Sequence record: MG983840.1
DNA: 64,000 bases
Strand: one strand, 5' to 3'
From: Escherichia phage myPSH1131
Below are positions 1-10,265 of this stretch, one piece after another. A model generated the notes under the pieces. That model was not told where the DNA came from. It made no database searches and saw nothing but the letters and a program-made list of their open reading frames with translations. Position numbers and translations under genes: made by a program. The number at the start of each line of letters is the position of its first letter. Position 1 is the first letter of the stretch.

Positions 1-1131
1 ATTCCTCGTGATGCTATCGTCATTGACACGATAGAACGAGATGGTAACAAACTTCAAATCGTACAAATCAAACATCAAAATGAAAGAGGAGAGTTTGACG
101 GTTTAAGTACATTAGAATTCCGCTCAACCCAACAGGGTGAACACACATTGATGGGTGCAACAGTTGACTACATTTGGTTAGACGAAGAAGATCCATACGA
201 GTCTATGGCTATATTCGCACAGTGCGTCACACGTACACTCACAACTAAAGGTCTAGTTACAATTACAGCTACACCAGAGAACGGTTTAACTGAACTGGTA
301 GATAAATTTATGAAAGGTGAAGGGGATGAGAACACAGGTTCTCTATATTTCCAGAATGCTTCTTGGTGGGATGCTCATGCAGACCTAGGTGGACATATCA
401 CTGACCAAGATATAAAAGATATGACTGAAGGTATTCCAGCGTGGCAGTTAGAGATGCGTTCGAAAGGTATGCCATTGTTAGGAAGTGGTTTGATATATGA
501 TGTATCGGATGACACAATTAAATGTGAACCATTCGAAATTCCGGATACGTGGAAACGTGTCTGTGCAATTGATATTGGTATTGATCACCCAACTGCTGCT
601 GTTTGGACAGCTTACGATGCAAACACTGATACTATCTATGTTTACGACTCGTATAAAGAAGGTGGCTTTACTCCAGTGTATCATGCTCCAGCTATTAATG
701 GTCGTGGTCAGTGGATTCCTGTCATCCTACCGCATGATGCGGACAATATTGAGAAAGGTAGTGGTTCATCTGTTGCTCAATTCTATAAAAATGCAGGAGT
801 TAACGTACAGAGTGAGACCTTCTACAACAAAATTGGAATGGATGGTAAAAAGAACTTCTTTGTAGAACCGGGAATCACAGATATCCGAGAAAGAATGATG
901 AGTGGACGCTTTAAAATCTTTAACACAGCCGCTAACGCTAAGCTATTCGAAGAGAAAGCTAGATATCACCGTAAGGTTGGTAAGATTATTAAAGAACATG
1001 ATGACTTAATGGATGCAATGCGCTATTCAGCGTGCTCTGTTACACATCGTGGTCGCTCTAAGCATGACGTTAGCTACGGAAGTGCTTCTCTGTATGAGGC
1101 AAACGTAAGCAGATGGAATCAGAGTTACTAA
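1..1131 (+). CDS. terminase large subunit, 5'-partial (continues upstream of window)
   Basis: Frame 1 is open from base 1 with no stop. Walker-B-like VDYIWLDEED and nuclease-like VCAIDIGIDHP motifs; sits directly upstream of the portal gene. Confidence 0.8.
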   Translation: MPRDAIVIDTIERDGNKLQIVQIKHQNERGEFDGLSTLEFRSTQQGEHTLMGATVDYIWLDEEDPYESMAIFAQCVTRTLTTKGLVTITATPENGLTELVDKFMKGEGDENTGSLYFQNASWWDAHADLGGHITDQDIKDMTEGIPAWQLEMRSKGMPLLGSGLIYDVSDDTIKCEPFEIPDTWKRVCAIDIGIDHPTAAVWTAYDANTDTIYVYDSYKEGGFTPVYHAPAINGRGQWIPVILPHDADNIEKGSGSSVAQFYKNAGVNVQSETFYNKIGMDGKKNFFVEPGITDIRERMMSGRFKIFNTAANAKLFEEKARYHRKVGKIIKEHDDLMDAMRYSACSVTHRGRSKHDVSYGSASLYEANVSRWNQSY

Positions 1132-1192
1132 AGTAAGGGGGAGGTTTGTCCTCCCTTCTTTTATTTAAGCTATCAACCGAGGGAGAGAATCG

Positions 1193-2995
1193 ATGGCTAA
1201 GCAAAAATATAGTGAAGAGGTGTTGGACGAGTTACGTGTTGACCTTCAACGTCGTTTTAATTACGCTCAAGGTTACGTGGACATGGCTGTTAAGGGCTAT
1301 GCTCGTGAAGCTTGGGAATATTTCTATGGTAACTTACCTGCACCAGTAACTGCTGGCAGCTCTAGTTGGGTAGATCGTACTGTTTGGGAATCTGTTAACG
1401 GTACATTGCAAGATATTATTAACGTATTCTGTTCTGGTGATGAAGCAGTTACTTTCGTAGCTGACAACCAACAGGATTCTGATGCTGCTGATGTAGCAAC
1501 TAAACTAGTTAACCAAATTCTTCTGCGTGATAATCCGGGATACAATATTATCTCTTCTGCTGCACAAGAATGTCTAGTTACTCGTAACTCTTTTATCAAG
1601 TATTATTGGGATGAACAAACTTCTACTCAAACTGAAGAAGCTGAAGGTGTACCACCGGAAGCATTGGCTGCATATGTTCAGGGATTAGAAGCTGGTGGAC
1701 TCAAGAATCTGGAAATCTTCACTGAAGAAAATGAAGATGGTACAGTGGATGTTAAAGTTACTTACGAACAAACTGTTAAACGTGTGAAAGTTGAATATGT
1801 CCCTTCAGAGCAAATCTTTGTTGACGAACATGCTACCTCTTTTGCAGATGCACAATACTTCTGTCATCGTGTTCGTCGTTCTAAAGAAGATCTGGTTGCT
1901 ATGGGCTTCCCTAAAGACGAGATTGAAGCATTCAACGACTGGACAGACACGATGGATACTACTCAATCTACAGTTGCTTGGTCTCGTACTGACTGGCGTC
2001 AGGATATTGATGCTGATATTGGTACAGATACCGAAGATATTGCTTCTATGGTTTGGGTTTACGAGCACTACATTCGTACTGGTGTTCTAGATAAGAATAA
2101 AGAGTCTAAACTCTATCAGGTTATTCAAGCTGGTGAGCATATCCTTCACACTGAAGAAGTAACTCACATTCCGTTTGTAACCTTCTGTCCGTATCCGATT
2201 CCAGGCTCCTTCTATGGTCAATCGGTCTATGACATTACGAAAGATATTCAAGATTTACGTACCGCGTTAGTTCGTGGTTATATTGATAACGTCAACAATG
2301 CTAACTATGGTCGATACAAAGCTCTTGTTGGTGCATACGACCGTCGCTCTCTGCTTGATAACCGTCCCGGTGGAGTGGTTGAAATGGAACGTCAGGACGC
2401 TATTGACCTGTTCCCATACCATAACCTACCTCAAGGTATTGACGGCCTCCTAGGCATGTCTGAGGAGCTTAAAGAGACACGTACAGGTGTAACCAAACTA
2501 GGCATGGGTATCAACCCTGATGTGTTTAAGAATGATAACGCTTATGCAACTGTAGGCTTGATGATGAATGCTGCACAGAACCGTCTCCGTATGGTGTGTC
2601 GTAACATTGCTCACAACGGTATGGTTGAATTGATGCGTGGTATTTACAACCTTATCAGAGAAAATGGTGAAGTCCCTATCGAGGTACAAACCCCTCGCGG
2701 TATGATTCAGGTAAATCCGAAACAATTACCAGCTCGTCACAATCTCCAAGTTGTTGTAGCTATCTCTCCTAATGAGAAAGCAGAACGTGCACAGAAACTG
2801 ATTAGCTTGAAACAGCTGATTGCAGCAGATGCACAGTTAGCACCTCTCTTTGGTTTGGAGCAAGACCGTTACATGACTGCACAGATCTTTGAGTTGATGG
2901 GTATTAAAGATACACATAAATACCTTCTGCCTCTGGAACAGTATCAGCCTCCAGAACCTAGGTTGAGAACGTACAGGCTTCTTCTCAGAAGATGA
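1193..2995 (+). CDS. portal protein
   Basis: 600 aa ORF directly after the terminase; SD GAGGGAGAG precedes the ATG; ATGA overlap with the next gene. Call is by position and size only. Confidence 0.6.
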   Translation: MAKQKYSEEVLDELRVDLQRRFNYAQGYVDMAVKGYAREAWEYFYGNLPAPVTAGSSSWVDRTVWESVNGTLQDIINVFCSGDEAVTFVADNQQDSDAADVATKLVNQILLRDNPGYNIISSAAQECLVTRNSFIKYYWDEQTSTQTEEAEGVPPEALAAYVQGLEAGGLKNLEIFTEENEDGTVDVKVTYEQTVKRVKVEYVPSEQIFVDEHATSFADAQYFCHRVRRSKEDLVAMGFPKDEIEAFNDWTDTMDTTQSTVAWSRTDWRQDIDADIGTDTEDIASMVWVYEHYIRTGVLDKNKESKLYQVIQAGEHILHTEEVTHIPFVTFCPYPIPGSFYGQSVYDITKDIQDLRTALVRGYIDNVNNANYGRYKALVGAYDRRSLLDNRPGGVVEMERQDAIDLFPYHNLPQGIDGLLGMSEELKETRTGVTKLGMGINPDVFKNDNAYATVGLMMNAAQNRLRMVCRNIAHNGMVELMRGIYNLIRENGEVPIEVQTPRGMIQVNPKQLPARHNLQVVVAISPNEKAERAQKLISLKQLIAADAQLAPLFGLEQDRYMTAQIFELMGIKDTHKYLLPLEQYQPPEPRLRTYRLLLRR

Positions 2996-3396
2996 TTGCT
3001 GATGCATTCGACCAACGTGAACGTACTACATTCGAACAGCAGAAAGCTGCGGATGAATTAAGTCTGCGTCAGGAAGAGTTGCAGTTCAAGCAAGAAAATG
3101 CAGCAGATGCAATGACTCTGGAAAACCGTAAAGAAGATAACAATGCTACTCTGGAACAAGCTAAGCACAAGTTAGCTCTTATGCAACAGCAGGTCCGTCA
3201 GTATGAATCTGTACTGAAAGAATTGCAGATGGTTATGTCTCATCAGGTAGACCAAGAGAAGATTGTTCAGCAAGCTCGTGTTCAGGATAAAACTTTGGAA
3301 CTCCAAAAGAAAGAAGCTAATGTAACTAAGAAAGAGCAACAAGCTTCTCTCAAAGATTCACGGATTCCAGGCAAACGTCTTGGAAGTAAAAAGTAA
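2992..3396 (+). CDS. scaffolding-like coiled-coil protein
   Basis: 134 aa, Q/E/K-rich heptad-like sequence; lies between portal and capsid. Confidence 0.45.
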   Translation: MIADAFDQRERTTFEQQKAADELSLRQEELQFKQENAADAMTLENRKEDNNATLEQAKHKLALMQQQVRQYESVLKELQMVMSHQVDQEKIVQQARVQDKTLELQKKEANVTKKEQQASLKDSRIPGKRLGSKK

Positions 3397-3420
3397 GGAC
3401 GTCGAATGAATGAACATTAG

Positions 3421-4020
3421 GCATCAATTCACACCCATGCAGCTCGTAAGACTGGTGCATTCCAGTTCCTGTGTGCTCACGGTGGTCTGGCTGGTGGCGT
3501 TGTTGACAAGACCAAGAATGGTCCTGCTGACCCGGACACTGGTGCAGTAACTGTTAAAGTTGCACAGAATGCTTCTAACCCGACCACTAACATTGGTTTC
3601 GACGAAGCTGATATCTTTGATATGACTCTGCAACTGTATACCGCTGGTTCTGAAGCAGATATCATCATGATTAACCCGGCTCATGCTAAGATCTTTGCTG
3701 GTCTGCAAGAAAATACTCAGGGTTCACGTAAGCGTATCTTTGAGAACACCAAGCAGTTCATCTACGAAGTTAACAGCATCACTGACCCGCTGGGCCAGAG
3801 CTACAAAATCATCGTTAACCGTTGGATGCCTACCGATGCAGTTTACTTCTTCCGTAGCGCTGACTGGACCCAGATGGTTCTACGTGCTCCGAAACGTACT
3901 GAACTGGCTAAAGACGGTTCTTACGAGAAGTGGATGATTGAAATGGAAGTTGGTCTGCGTCACCGCAACCCGTATGCTTCCGGCGTTCTGTTCACTGCTG
4001 CGGGAAAGGTGGCGGCGTAA
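3421..4020 (+). pseudogene. major capsid protein, C-terminal ~200 aa only (T7 gp10-like C-terminus)
   Basis: Frame 1 is open from 3421 with no start codon. The C-terminus (RNPYASGVLFTAAGKVAA) resembles T7-type capsid ends. Two in-frame stops at 3394-3420 separate it from the scaffold ORF. Confidence 0.5.
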
Positions 4021-4031
4021 CAGTAGACAGT

Positions 4032-4544
4032 GTGACTGTTAGCCCTGCGTCTTTAGCAAGCCTAGAGACAGGGGCTACTCGGCAGTTCACTGCAAGCGCG
4101 GAGAAAAGTGATGGTTCTACCGAAACAACTGGCTTTACTTGGTCAGTGACAGGAGGTGGTTCTATCACTCAGTCGGGTTTGTATACTGCCCCGAGTGCGT
4201 CTCAATCCACTGATGTATCCATTACTGCAACTTTAGAAGGTGTTTCTGGTACAGCAACCATTTCTGAAATTGTTGCTCCTACTCCTACTATTGTGAGTCG
4301 TGGGCCAATTACAGGTAAAGTAGGTGGTACTACCACTAACTTCAACACCATGTTTACTGTAACTAATTCTATTGCTGATGATTACACACTTGTTGTAACT
4401 CCCGCAGAAGCTGGTACAATAAGCGCTAATAATTCGTTAAAATTAGATGCTGCTGCAAGTGGCGAAGTTACTGTTCAAGCAAGTTTGACAGCTGACCCGT
4501 CCATCAATGCAACATGCACTTTTACTGGTGTAACACCTGCTTAA
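4032..4544 (+). CDS. Ig-like (Big_2-type) domain ORF in the -1 frame of the capsid gene; probable frameshift extension
   Basis: T/S/G-rich Ig-like sequence (TWSVTGGGSITQSGLYTAP). The -1 frame is open from 3942 across the capsid stop, and a GGGAAAG heptamer sits at 4002-4008. Confidence 0.5.
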   Translation: MTVSPASLASLETGATRQFTASAEKSDGSTETTGFTWSVTGGGSITQSGLYTAPSASQSTDVSITATLEGVSGTATISEIVAPTPTIVSRGPITGKVGGTTTNFNTMFTVTNSIADDYTLVVTPAEAGTISANNSLKLDAAASGEVTVQASLTADPSINATCTFTGVTPA

Positions 4545-4550
4545 AAACTA

Positions 4551-4577
4551 GACCCTGCCTTCGGGCGGGGTTTTTTC
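4551..4577 (+). terminator. rho-independent terminator
   Basis: Stem CCCTGCC / GGCGGGG with a TTCG loop, followed by TTTTTT. Confidence 0.7.
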
Positions 4578-4604
4578 GTTTTAAGACCTATACAAGCTAG
4601 TGTG

Positions 4605-4613
4605 TAATGTATA
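4605..4613 (+). promoter_or_regulatory. TAATGTATA promoter motif (phiEco32-type)
   Basis: Exact TAATGTATA, 33 nt upstream of the ATG at 4647. Confidence 0.5.
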
Positions 4614-4646
4614 TTCTTTGTCTACATACAACAAGGAGGACAACCT

Positions 4647-5399
4647 ATGGCGATGCCAGATGTGGCCTATCCGATTAACACGTATGGCTGGCTTAAGAAA
4701 GCTGTTGCCTTGTGGGCCGATCGGGACGATGACGAATTTGTTAATCAAATTCCAAACTTTATTAACTTTGCAGAGAAAGAGGTTTATCGTAACTTACGTA
4801 TTCCTCCTCTGGAAAAAGAAGTGTATTTAGATATTAAAGATGGAGTGGCTTATATTCCTCCTGATTACTTAGAAGCTCAATGGATGATGAGAGCCAAAGA
4901 TGGTACAATCTTCCAAGTAACATCTCCTGAGGAGATAAGCTATCGGAGACAGCACGGGGCTATTAACTCTTCACATTGGAATAACCAACCTGTTAATTTT
5001 GCACGGTTTGGAGCACGTTTCTTATTCTATCCTAGAATAAATGCAGATGTTCCGCATTACCCTGATGATGGTAGTCCGATTGTTCCAGCGGAGAGTTCGG
5101 TAATCTTGAGTTATTATGCAGATCCTCCAGAATTTCACGAAGATGGTGATACAAGTGCGATTCTTACCATTGCACCAGAGCTTCTTTTATATTTTACTCT
5201 GAGGCATGCATGTTTATTTGTTCAAGATGATAATGGGGTTCAAAAGTGGTCTGCTTTAGGTAAGGCTATTCTTGACGAGCTAGTAGAACAGAATAAGAAA
5301 CAAGAGTACTCAGGTTCACCTATTGCAATTCCGAATAACATGACTCGACTTCAGAGCAGCCTGCCTGATATTTATGGTATTCGTACTTCTCGTCTATAA
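4647..5399 (+). CDS. structural protein, possibly adaptor or tail tubular protein
   Basis: 250 aa ORF with SD AAGGAGGA, first gene after the capsid terminator and promoter. Function is a positional guess. Confidence 0.35.
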   Translation: MAMPDVAYPINTYGWLKKAVALWADRDDDEFVNQIPNFINFAEKEVYRNLRIPPLEKEVYLDIKDGVAYIPPDYLEAQWMMRAKDGTIFQVTSPEEISYRRQHGAINSSHWNNQPVNFARFGARFLFYPRINADVPHYPDDGSPIVPAESSVILSYYADPPEFHEDGDTSAILTIAPELLLYFTLRHACLFVQDDNGVQKWSALGKAILDELVEQNKKQEYSGSPIAIPNNMTRLQSSLPDIYGIRTSRL

Positions 5400-5408
5400 G
5401 GAGATAAT

Positions 5409-8400
5409 ATGATCGTTTATAACAACCAAGCACCTAAGAATGTTAACAATGTAGGACAATTTGGAGCTACTGAGGGAACTATTGGTGCTTATAAATCAGC
5501 AGCTGAATATGCAGCAGACTCTAAATATTGGGCATTGTTGTCCCAAACTAAATACTCCTCAGTAGAGGAGATTTTGGCTGAAGTAGAACGTCTGTATGCT
5601 CAAGGTCATCTACTGGAAGAAGACATTAAACAACTCAAGAGTGACTTTGAGTCACAAGAACAAGTGCTCTTAGGTTTGATTCAATCCACAGGAACTGCAA
5701 TTGACAACACCAATGCAGCAACTGAGCTTTCAAAAGAGGCAACTCAAAACGTTCTAGCACAACTTGACATTATCTCTAACATGACAGTTCAAACAACGCT
5801 TCTTCCTCCGGGAAGCCTAGCTACGGGGTCTTATGATAATGCAACAGGTGTCTTTGCTTTTGGTATTCCAGAAGGTAAACCGGGGCGTGATGGTACTGAC
5901 GGAACAATCGGTGATATTGGAAGCGTTCCTGTTGGTACCCCTGTTGTTGATGACTATGGTTTCTATGTAGATAAAGATGATGGTGGTTTATACCGAGCTG
6001 ACATGTCAGATATTGCCAACTTGATTCCATCTGTTCGATCTGTTTCAATCAATGGCGGCGCTGAACAAACAGGTTCAGTGGTTTTTGATTCTGTCTCCAC
6101 ATTCAATGGACGTAAGGGTGCTGTAGTTCCTGCTACTGGAGACTACACAGCTGCTCAAGTGGGAGCTTTTAGTGTAACTAATAACCTATCCGAAATAACC
6201 GACACAAGTGCAGCTATTACAAATATTGGACTCGCTGAGCATGGGATTGGTAGCCCTACCTTAACCAAAGTGAAGGCTATGGACTGGCAAACATTTAATT
6301 TTGTCAATGGAGGTAACTATTCAGTATTAATGTCGAATATTACAAATGCCCCTGCTGAGATAAATTATCCTGCCAATTATGGGTTATATCTTGAAGTCAT
6401 TGGCGTAGTTACAGGAGGAGGTGAGGTACGAGTGGTGCCAGGGACAAACAATAATAACTACTACTCAGTTTTCTCTGTAAGCTGGACTGGAGGAGTTGGT
6501 TCCCGAGTATTTACAGTACGAGAAGAGCTGTCTTCCGCTCGCCCTGTGACTATCTCTCAGGGTGGCACAGGGGCAACTACTGCAAGTGCTGCACGTACTA
6601 AACTTGGTTTAGGTTTGGTTTCCACTGAATCAATTGTACCTATTACCAAAGGTGGTACAGGAGCTACTTCATCAGAGAATGCTCGACTAGCTCTAGTTGC
6701 AGCTAAGAGTGGTGATAACTCTGATATCACCTCGATGACCAACAAGGTTACTTTCACACAATCTCCAGTAATTCCTGATGCTGTAGATGATAATGACGCG
6801 GTTGCTTTGAGACAGTTGCATACAAGTGAAGCAGATTTGCTGGCAAGGCTGAAAAGTAGTAATGCAGGTGAAGGTGCATCCCTTATTACCTTTGAAAATG
6901 GTAATTCTGTTGAGAGTCTTTCCAGTAAAGATGGGGCTAAAAACATTGGCAGTGGTGAGAGAAGTTTGCTTGTCCGTAACAACGACATTAAGCATTCAGG
7001 AGATTTCCCTACCTTACAAGCTGCGGTAAATGCATCGTTACCAAAAAACGACTTAATTGTTTCCCCCGGTGAATACAGTGAAGCGATTACTATTGGTAGT
7101 ACACAGTTAAAGGGTGTTGGTGGAGCCACGGTACTGAAAGCTCCGTCAAACTTTACAGACACTATTCAGGTTAAGGCATCTACGCCTCATTGGCAATTCC
7201 GCCATAGTGGTGGTTTTGCTATAGATGGTTCTGGGACAACCGGGGCTGTAGGTATTAGTTTTGACCCGACCGACCAATATGCTGGTCGTCACAACTTTAG
7301 TGACGTATACATCCATAACATTAACAAGGCCATTCAGAAACCTTCCGGGAATATAGGTAATACATGGAAAGGCATTGGCGTGCAAGGTTGTGACTGGGGT
7401 TACTGGGCACAGTCTGCTTCTGAGATGCACTTAGGCTCTGACACCCTTCAGAACATGCACTTTGATGGTATTAGCACTTACTGTGTTTACTTGAACGCTA
7501 CAACAGGAGAAGCGCCTGGTACATTCGGAGGTGGTGTAGGCGGCTGGTGGATTAAAGATAGTATTATGGAAGCCTCTGGCGGTGGTGGTATTTACCTCAA
7601 GAACAAGGATGGTGACTGCCCTACTGCCCCATGTGGTGTATCCAATGTATGGATGGAAGCTATCGCTACTACTCCAGCTATTAATGTAGATGGTGTATCT
7701 CAGAAGCCTCGTGTCCTTAAACTTATTGATACCAGTATCTTCTTTGCAGAGTACACATACCTTAATAACGTAGAGCTTCAGAACTCCAACCTTGTTACTT
7801 ATGGCTGCCGAGTAGATAATTCAGATGGCCACATGGATATCTCTGTAGATGCCAACAGCAGTTTTGTGGCTGATCAATTGTACCTGAATGGTAGCTCCGG
7901 CAAAGATGTAATGGTACGTTCTGTAGCGGCTCAGACAGGCAAGATTGGGCAAAGCTGGTCACCTAATATGAGTATGCGTGGATACCTGCCGGAAGGATAC
8001 ATCTATCGTGTACCTGGTAATAAGCTGGTAGCTAAACCCTTCGATGGAGGTACTGCTGAATTTAGTGGTACGGCAAGCAGCACTGGGAGTTTGCAGCCAC
8101 AAGGCCAGTTATCTCAGAGCTGCATGTACTTCGAAATCCCTGGTGCTGCTGAGTATGAGCTTACTGGTGCTGCATTTCAGATAACTTCCGGTAACTGGTA
8201 TGTATGGGGCATTAGCACTGAACTGGTACAGGGAACCCCTACAAACTTCCGCATCGGTGGAGATATCAATGTAGGTGAAGTATTTACTAAGGGGGGCCAG
8301 TGGGTGAGTACCTTTGGTGTAGCTCAGGCTAGTGCTTCCGGTTCAGTGAACCTGCGCCTAAGTACAGCCGGTACAGGCGGAGTAGTCCTACGCCTCGCTG

Positions 8401-8474
8401 ATTACTTCGTAGCGGAGTTCACTACTCAGGCAGAGGCTATGCGCTTCGCTAATAGTAGACGTGCCCTGCGTTAA
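5409..8474 (+). CDS. tail fiber / tailspike with beta-helix-like region
   Basis: 1021 aa. Collagen-like GKPGRDGTDGTIGDIG near the N-terminus; Gly/Asn-rich repeats typical of right-handed beta-helix tailspikes. Confidence 0.5.
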   Translation: MIVYNNQAPKNVNNVGQFGATEGTIGAYKSAAEYAADSKYWALLSQTKYSSVEEILAEVERLYAQGHLLEEDIKQLKSDFESQEQVLLGLIQSTGTAIDNTNAATELSKEATQNVLAQLDIISNMTVQTTLLPPGSLATGSYDNATGVFAFGIPEGKPGRDGTDGTIGDIGSVPVGTPVVDDYGFYVDKDDGGLYRADMSDIANLIPSVRSVSINGGAEQTGSVVFDSVSTFNGRKGAVVPATGDYTAAQVGAFSVTNNLSEITDTSAAITNIGLAEHGIGSPTLTKVKAMDWQTFNFVNGGNYSVLMSNITNAPAEINYPANYGLYLEVIGVVTGGGEVRVVPGTNNNNYYSVFSVSWTGGVGSRVFTVREELSSARPVTISQGGTGATTASAARTKLGLGLVSTESIVPITKGGTGATSSENARLALVAAKSGDNSDITSMTNKVTFTQSPVIPDAVDDNDAVALRQLHTSEADLLARLKSSNAGEGASLITFENGNSVESLSSKDGAKNIGSGERSLLVRNNDIKHSGDFPTLQAAVNASLPKNDLIVSPGEYSEAITIGSTQLKGVGGATVLKAPSNFTDTIQVKASTPHWQFRHSGGFAIDGSGTTGAVGISFDPTDQYAGRHNFSDVYIHNINKAIQKPSGNIGNTWKGIGVQGCDWGYWAQSASEMHLGSDTLQNMHFDGISTYCVYLNATTGEAPGTFGGGVGGWWIKDSIMEASGGGGIYLKNKDGDCPTAPCGVSNVWMEAIATTPAINVDGVSQKPRVLKLIDTSIFFAEYTYLNNVELQNSNLVTYGCRVDNSDGHMDISVDANSSFVADQLYLNGSSGKDVMVRSVAAQTGKIGQSWSPNMSMRGYLPEGYIYRVPGNKLVAKPFDGGTAEFSGTASSTGSLQPQGQLSQSCMYFEIPGAAEYELTGAAFQITSGNWYVWGISTELVQGTPTNFRIGGDINVGEVFTKGGQWVSTFGVAQASASGSVNLRLSTAGTGGVVLRLADYFVAEFTTQAEAMRFANSRRALR

Positions 8475-8498
8475 GAGTAATGACATTACTATAAGCAA

Positions 8499-8522
8499 AA
8501 CCCCGCTTAGGCGGGGTTAGCT
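8499..8522 (+). terminator. terminator-like hairpin
   Basis: Stem CCCCGC / GCGGGG with TTAG loop; the downstream T-tract is weak. Confidence 0.35.
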
Positions 8523-8700
8523 TCCATAGGGTAGTTGTTTTCCCTGATGTAGTGGAATTTATCGGAGACAATGAGCTGGCTGCTTTGTTGCATTCTGATA
8601 AATAGTTCATAACTCCCCTTCGAGGTCTTTAGTAGTAAGTACCTTTAGTAAGTAATGAAACTAATATATCCCAAGAGGTTAATACATAGGAGACAGATAA

Positions 8701-8919
8701 ATGAAAATGATGAAACAAGCTGCATATGGTTTAATATGCTTAGGCGCAGGTGTTGTGGTATCCACCGCAGTTCCTGTAGGCGCAGTTCATCCATTAGTTA
8801 CAGCACCTTCTCCAGTAGAGAAGCTTAGCTCTCAATGTAAACAGAGAACAATTCAAAATAACCTAGTTGTTATTTGTCCTGATGCTGAATCTAACGCTCT
8901 GAGAAAGATACTACCTTAA
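8701..8919 (+). CDS. small protein with N-terminal signal/TM segment (possible lysis accessory or holin-like)
   Basis: 72 aa; hydrophobic N-terminus LICLGAGVVVSTAVPVGAV; immediately upstream of the endolysin. Confidence 0.3.
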   Translation: MKMMKQAAYGLICLGAGVVVSTAVPVGAVHPLVTAPSPVEKLSSQCKQRTIQNNLVVICPDAESNALRKILP

Positions 8920-8948
8920 TTTAAAGGGACCACAAAAGGAGGTTAGAA

Positions 8949-9440
8949 ATGGATAACGCCGCATTGCCACCTGTACAATTAAACTTAAGCCCAGCTGGAA
9001 TGGAATTCATTATGAAGCATGAAGGTATGAGAACCAAGGCTTATAAAGATTCCGCAGGCATCTGGACGATATGTGTAGGGGCTACGCGCGATATGAATGG
9101 TTATCCGGTTAGACAAGGATTAACGTATTCTATAGAGGATTGTCTAGCTCTGCTAGATAGAGACACACAAGACTCTGTTCGTGCTACTCAGAAGAACATA
9201 AAAGTTCCTTTACTAGTTCATGAGTTTGATGCACTCACTTCTTTCAATTTTAATGTTGGAAGTGGTGCTTTGAGCACATCTAAGTTAAGGAAGGTTATCA
9301 ATGGAGATGTTAAAGGGGATATTTATTCCGAATTTCTTCGTTGGGATAAGATAACGGTCAAGGGAGTGAAGCAGAGAAGTCAGGGTCTTCATAACAGAAG
9401 GGTTGCAGAAGCTGATCTTTATACCGAAGGTAAATATTAA
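8949..9440 (+). CDS. endolysin, lysozyme (GH24-like)
   Basis: HEGMRTKAYKDSAGIWTICVGAT matches the lambda R / T4 e lysozyme catalytic region; SD AAGGAGG. Confidence 0.8.
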   Translation: MDNAALPPVQLNLSPAGMEFIMKHEGMRTKAYKDSAGIWTICVGATRDMNGYPVRQGLTYSIEDCLALLDRDTQDSVRATQKNIKVPLLVHEFDALTSFNFNVGSGALSTSKLRKVINGDVKGDIYSEFLRWDKITVKGVKQRSQGLHNRRVAEADLYTEGKY

Positions 9441-9452
9441 TGGAGGTGCCTC

Positions 9453-10256
9453 TTGGCTATTGAAACTAATGCGGTAGTAGTTACCGACTTAAACCCACTC
9501 TATCCTCGTGATAGAGATTATATCTATGAAGGTGCAGCCCAGCTGCGCCTAGTTAAGCAAGTATTACAGAACACATTCCCCAACTTAACTGAGCCTATGA
9601 CTGTAAACTCTGACACACTAGCTGCTATCTCTGACAAGATCTCTTTTGCTGGTGACTATATGGATGTTGGTGGTTTGATGATTAAGAATGGTACAGCAGG
9701 TACTGGTAATAACGACTTTACCACCAAAGCCCAAATGGAATCTTTTATGCTCAACTGGATGCAGAATAAGATTTACAGGGTTGGGTCTTATTACATCACT
9801 GAGGAAGATATTAACCCGGGAGATTCTACATCTTTAGGGTTTGGTATCTGGACACAAGTTACTGGTGTTATCATGGGTGCTGGGGTTGTGAACCCTGATG
9901 GGACAGTCCCTAATGCTCAGCGTGTGGAGTTTACTGCTGGTGCTACAGGTGGTCGTGTTTACAACACAGTTAAGACAGAGAACCTGCCATTGACTACAAT
10001 CTCTGGTTCAAGTTTTTCTCTTTCTAACTATACACACTCACACACTACATCATTTGGACGTGGAGATGCAAGTGGACATAACAGCTCACCTAACTGGTAT
10101 AATCCGGGGGTTAGTTATTCTGTTGCATCAAGTTCTGATACTCACACCCACACCATTACAGGTGATGCAACATTTGGCTATGATGATGTATCTCGTCAAC
10201 CTATAAATACGTTACCACCCTTCCGTGCAGCATATATCTGGAGACGTATCAGTTAA
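9453..10256 (+). CDS. tail fiber-like protein
   Basis: 267 aa, Gly/Thr/Ser-rich, within the tail gene block. Confidence 0.35.
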   Translation: MAIETNAVVVTDLNPLYPRDRDYIYEGAAQLRLVKQVLQNTFPNLTEPMTVNSDTLAAISDKISFAGDYMDVGGLMIKNGTAGTGNNDFTTKAQMESFMLNWMQNKIYRVGSYYITEEDINPGDSTSLGFGIWTQVTGVIMGAGVVNPDGTVPNAQRVEFTAGATGGRVYNTVKTENLPLTTISGSSFSLSNYTHSHTTSFGRGDASGHNSSPNWYNPGVSYSVASSSDTHTHTITGDATFGYDDVSRQPINTLPPFRAAYIWRRIS

Positions 10257-10265
10257 GGAGGAAGT

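Noticed and set aside
6557-7162. Antisense ORFs inside large genes (for example 6557..7162, 6693..6995, 21462..21773, 57502..57996)
   Set aside because: Fully embedded opposite the tail fiber, virion protein and ATP-grasp genes, low-complexity, no ribosome-binding sites; likely spurious.
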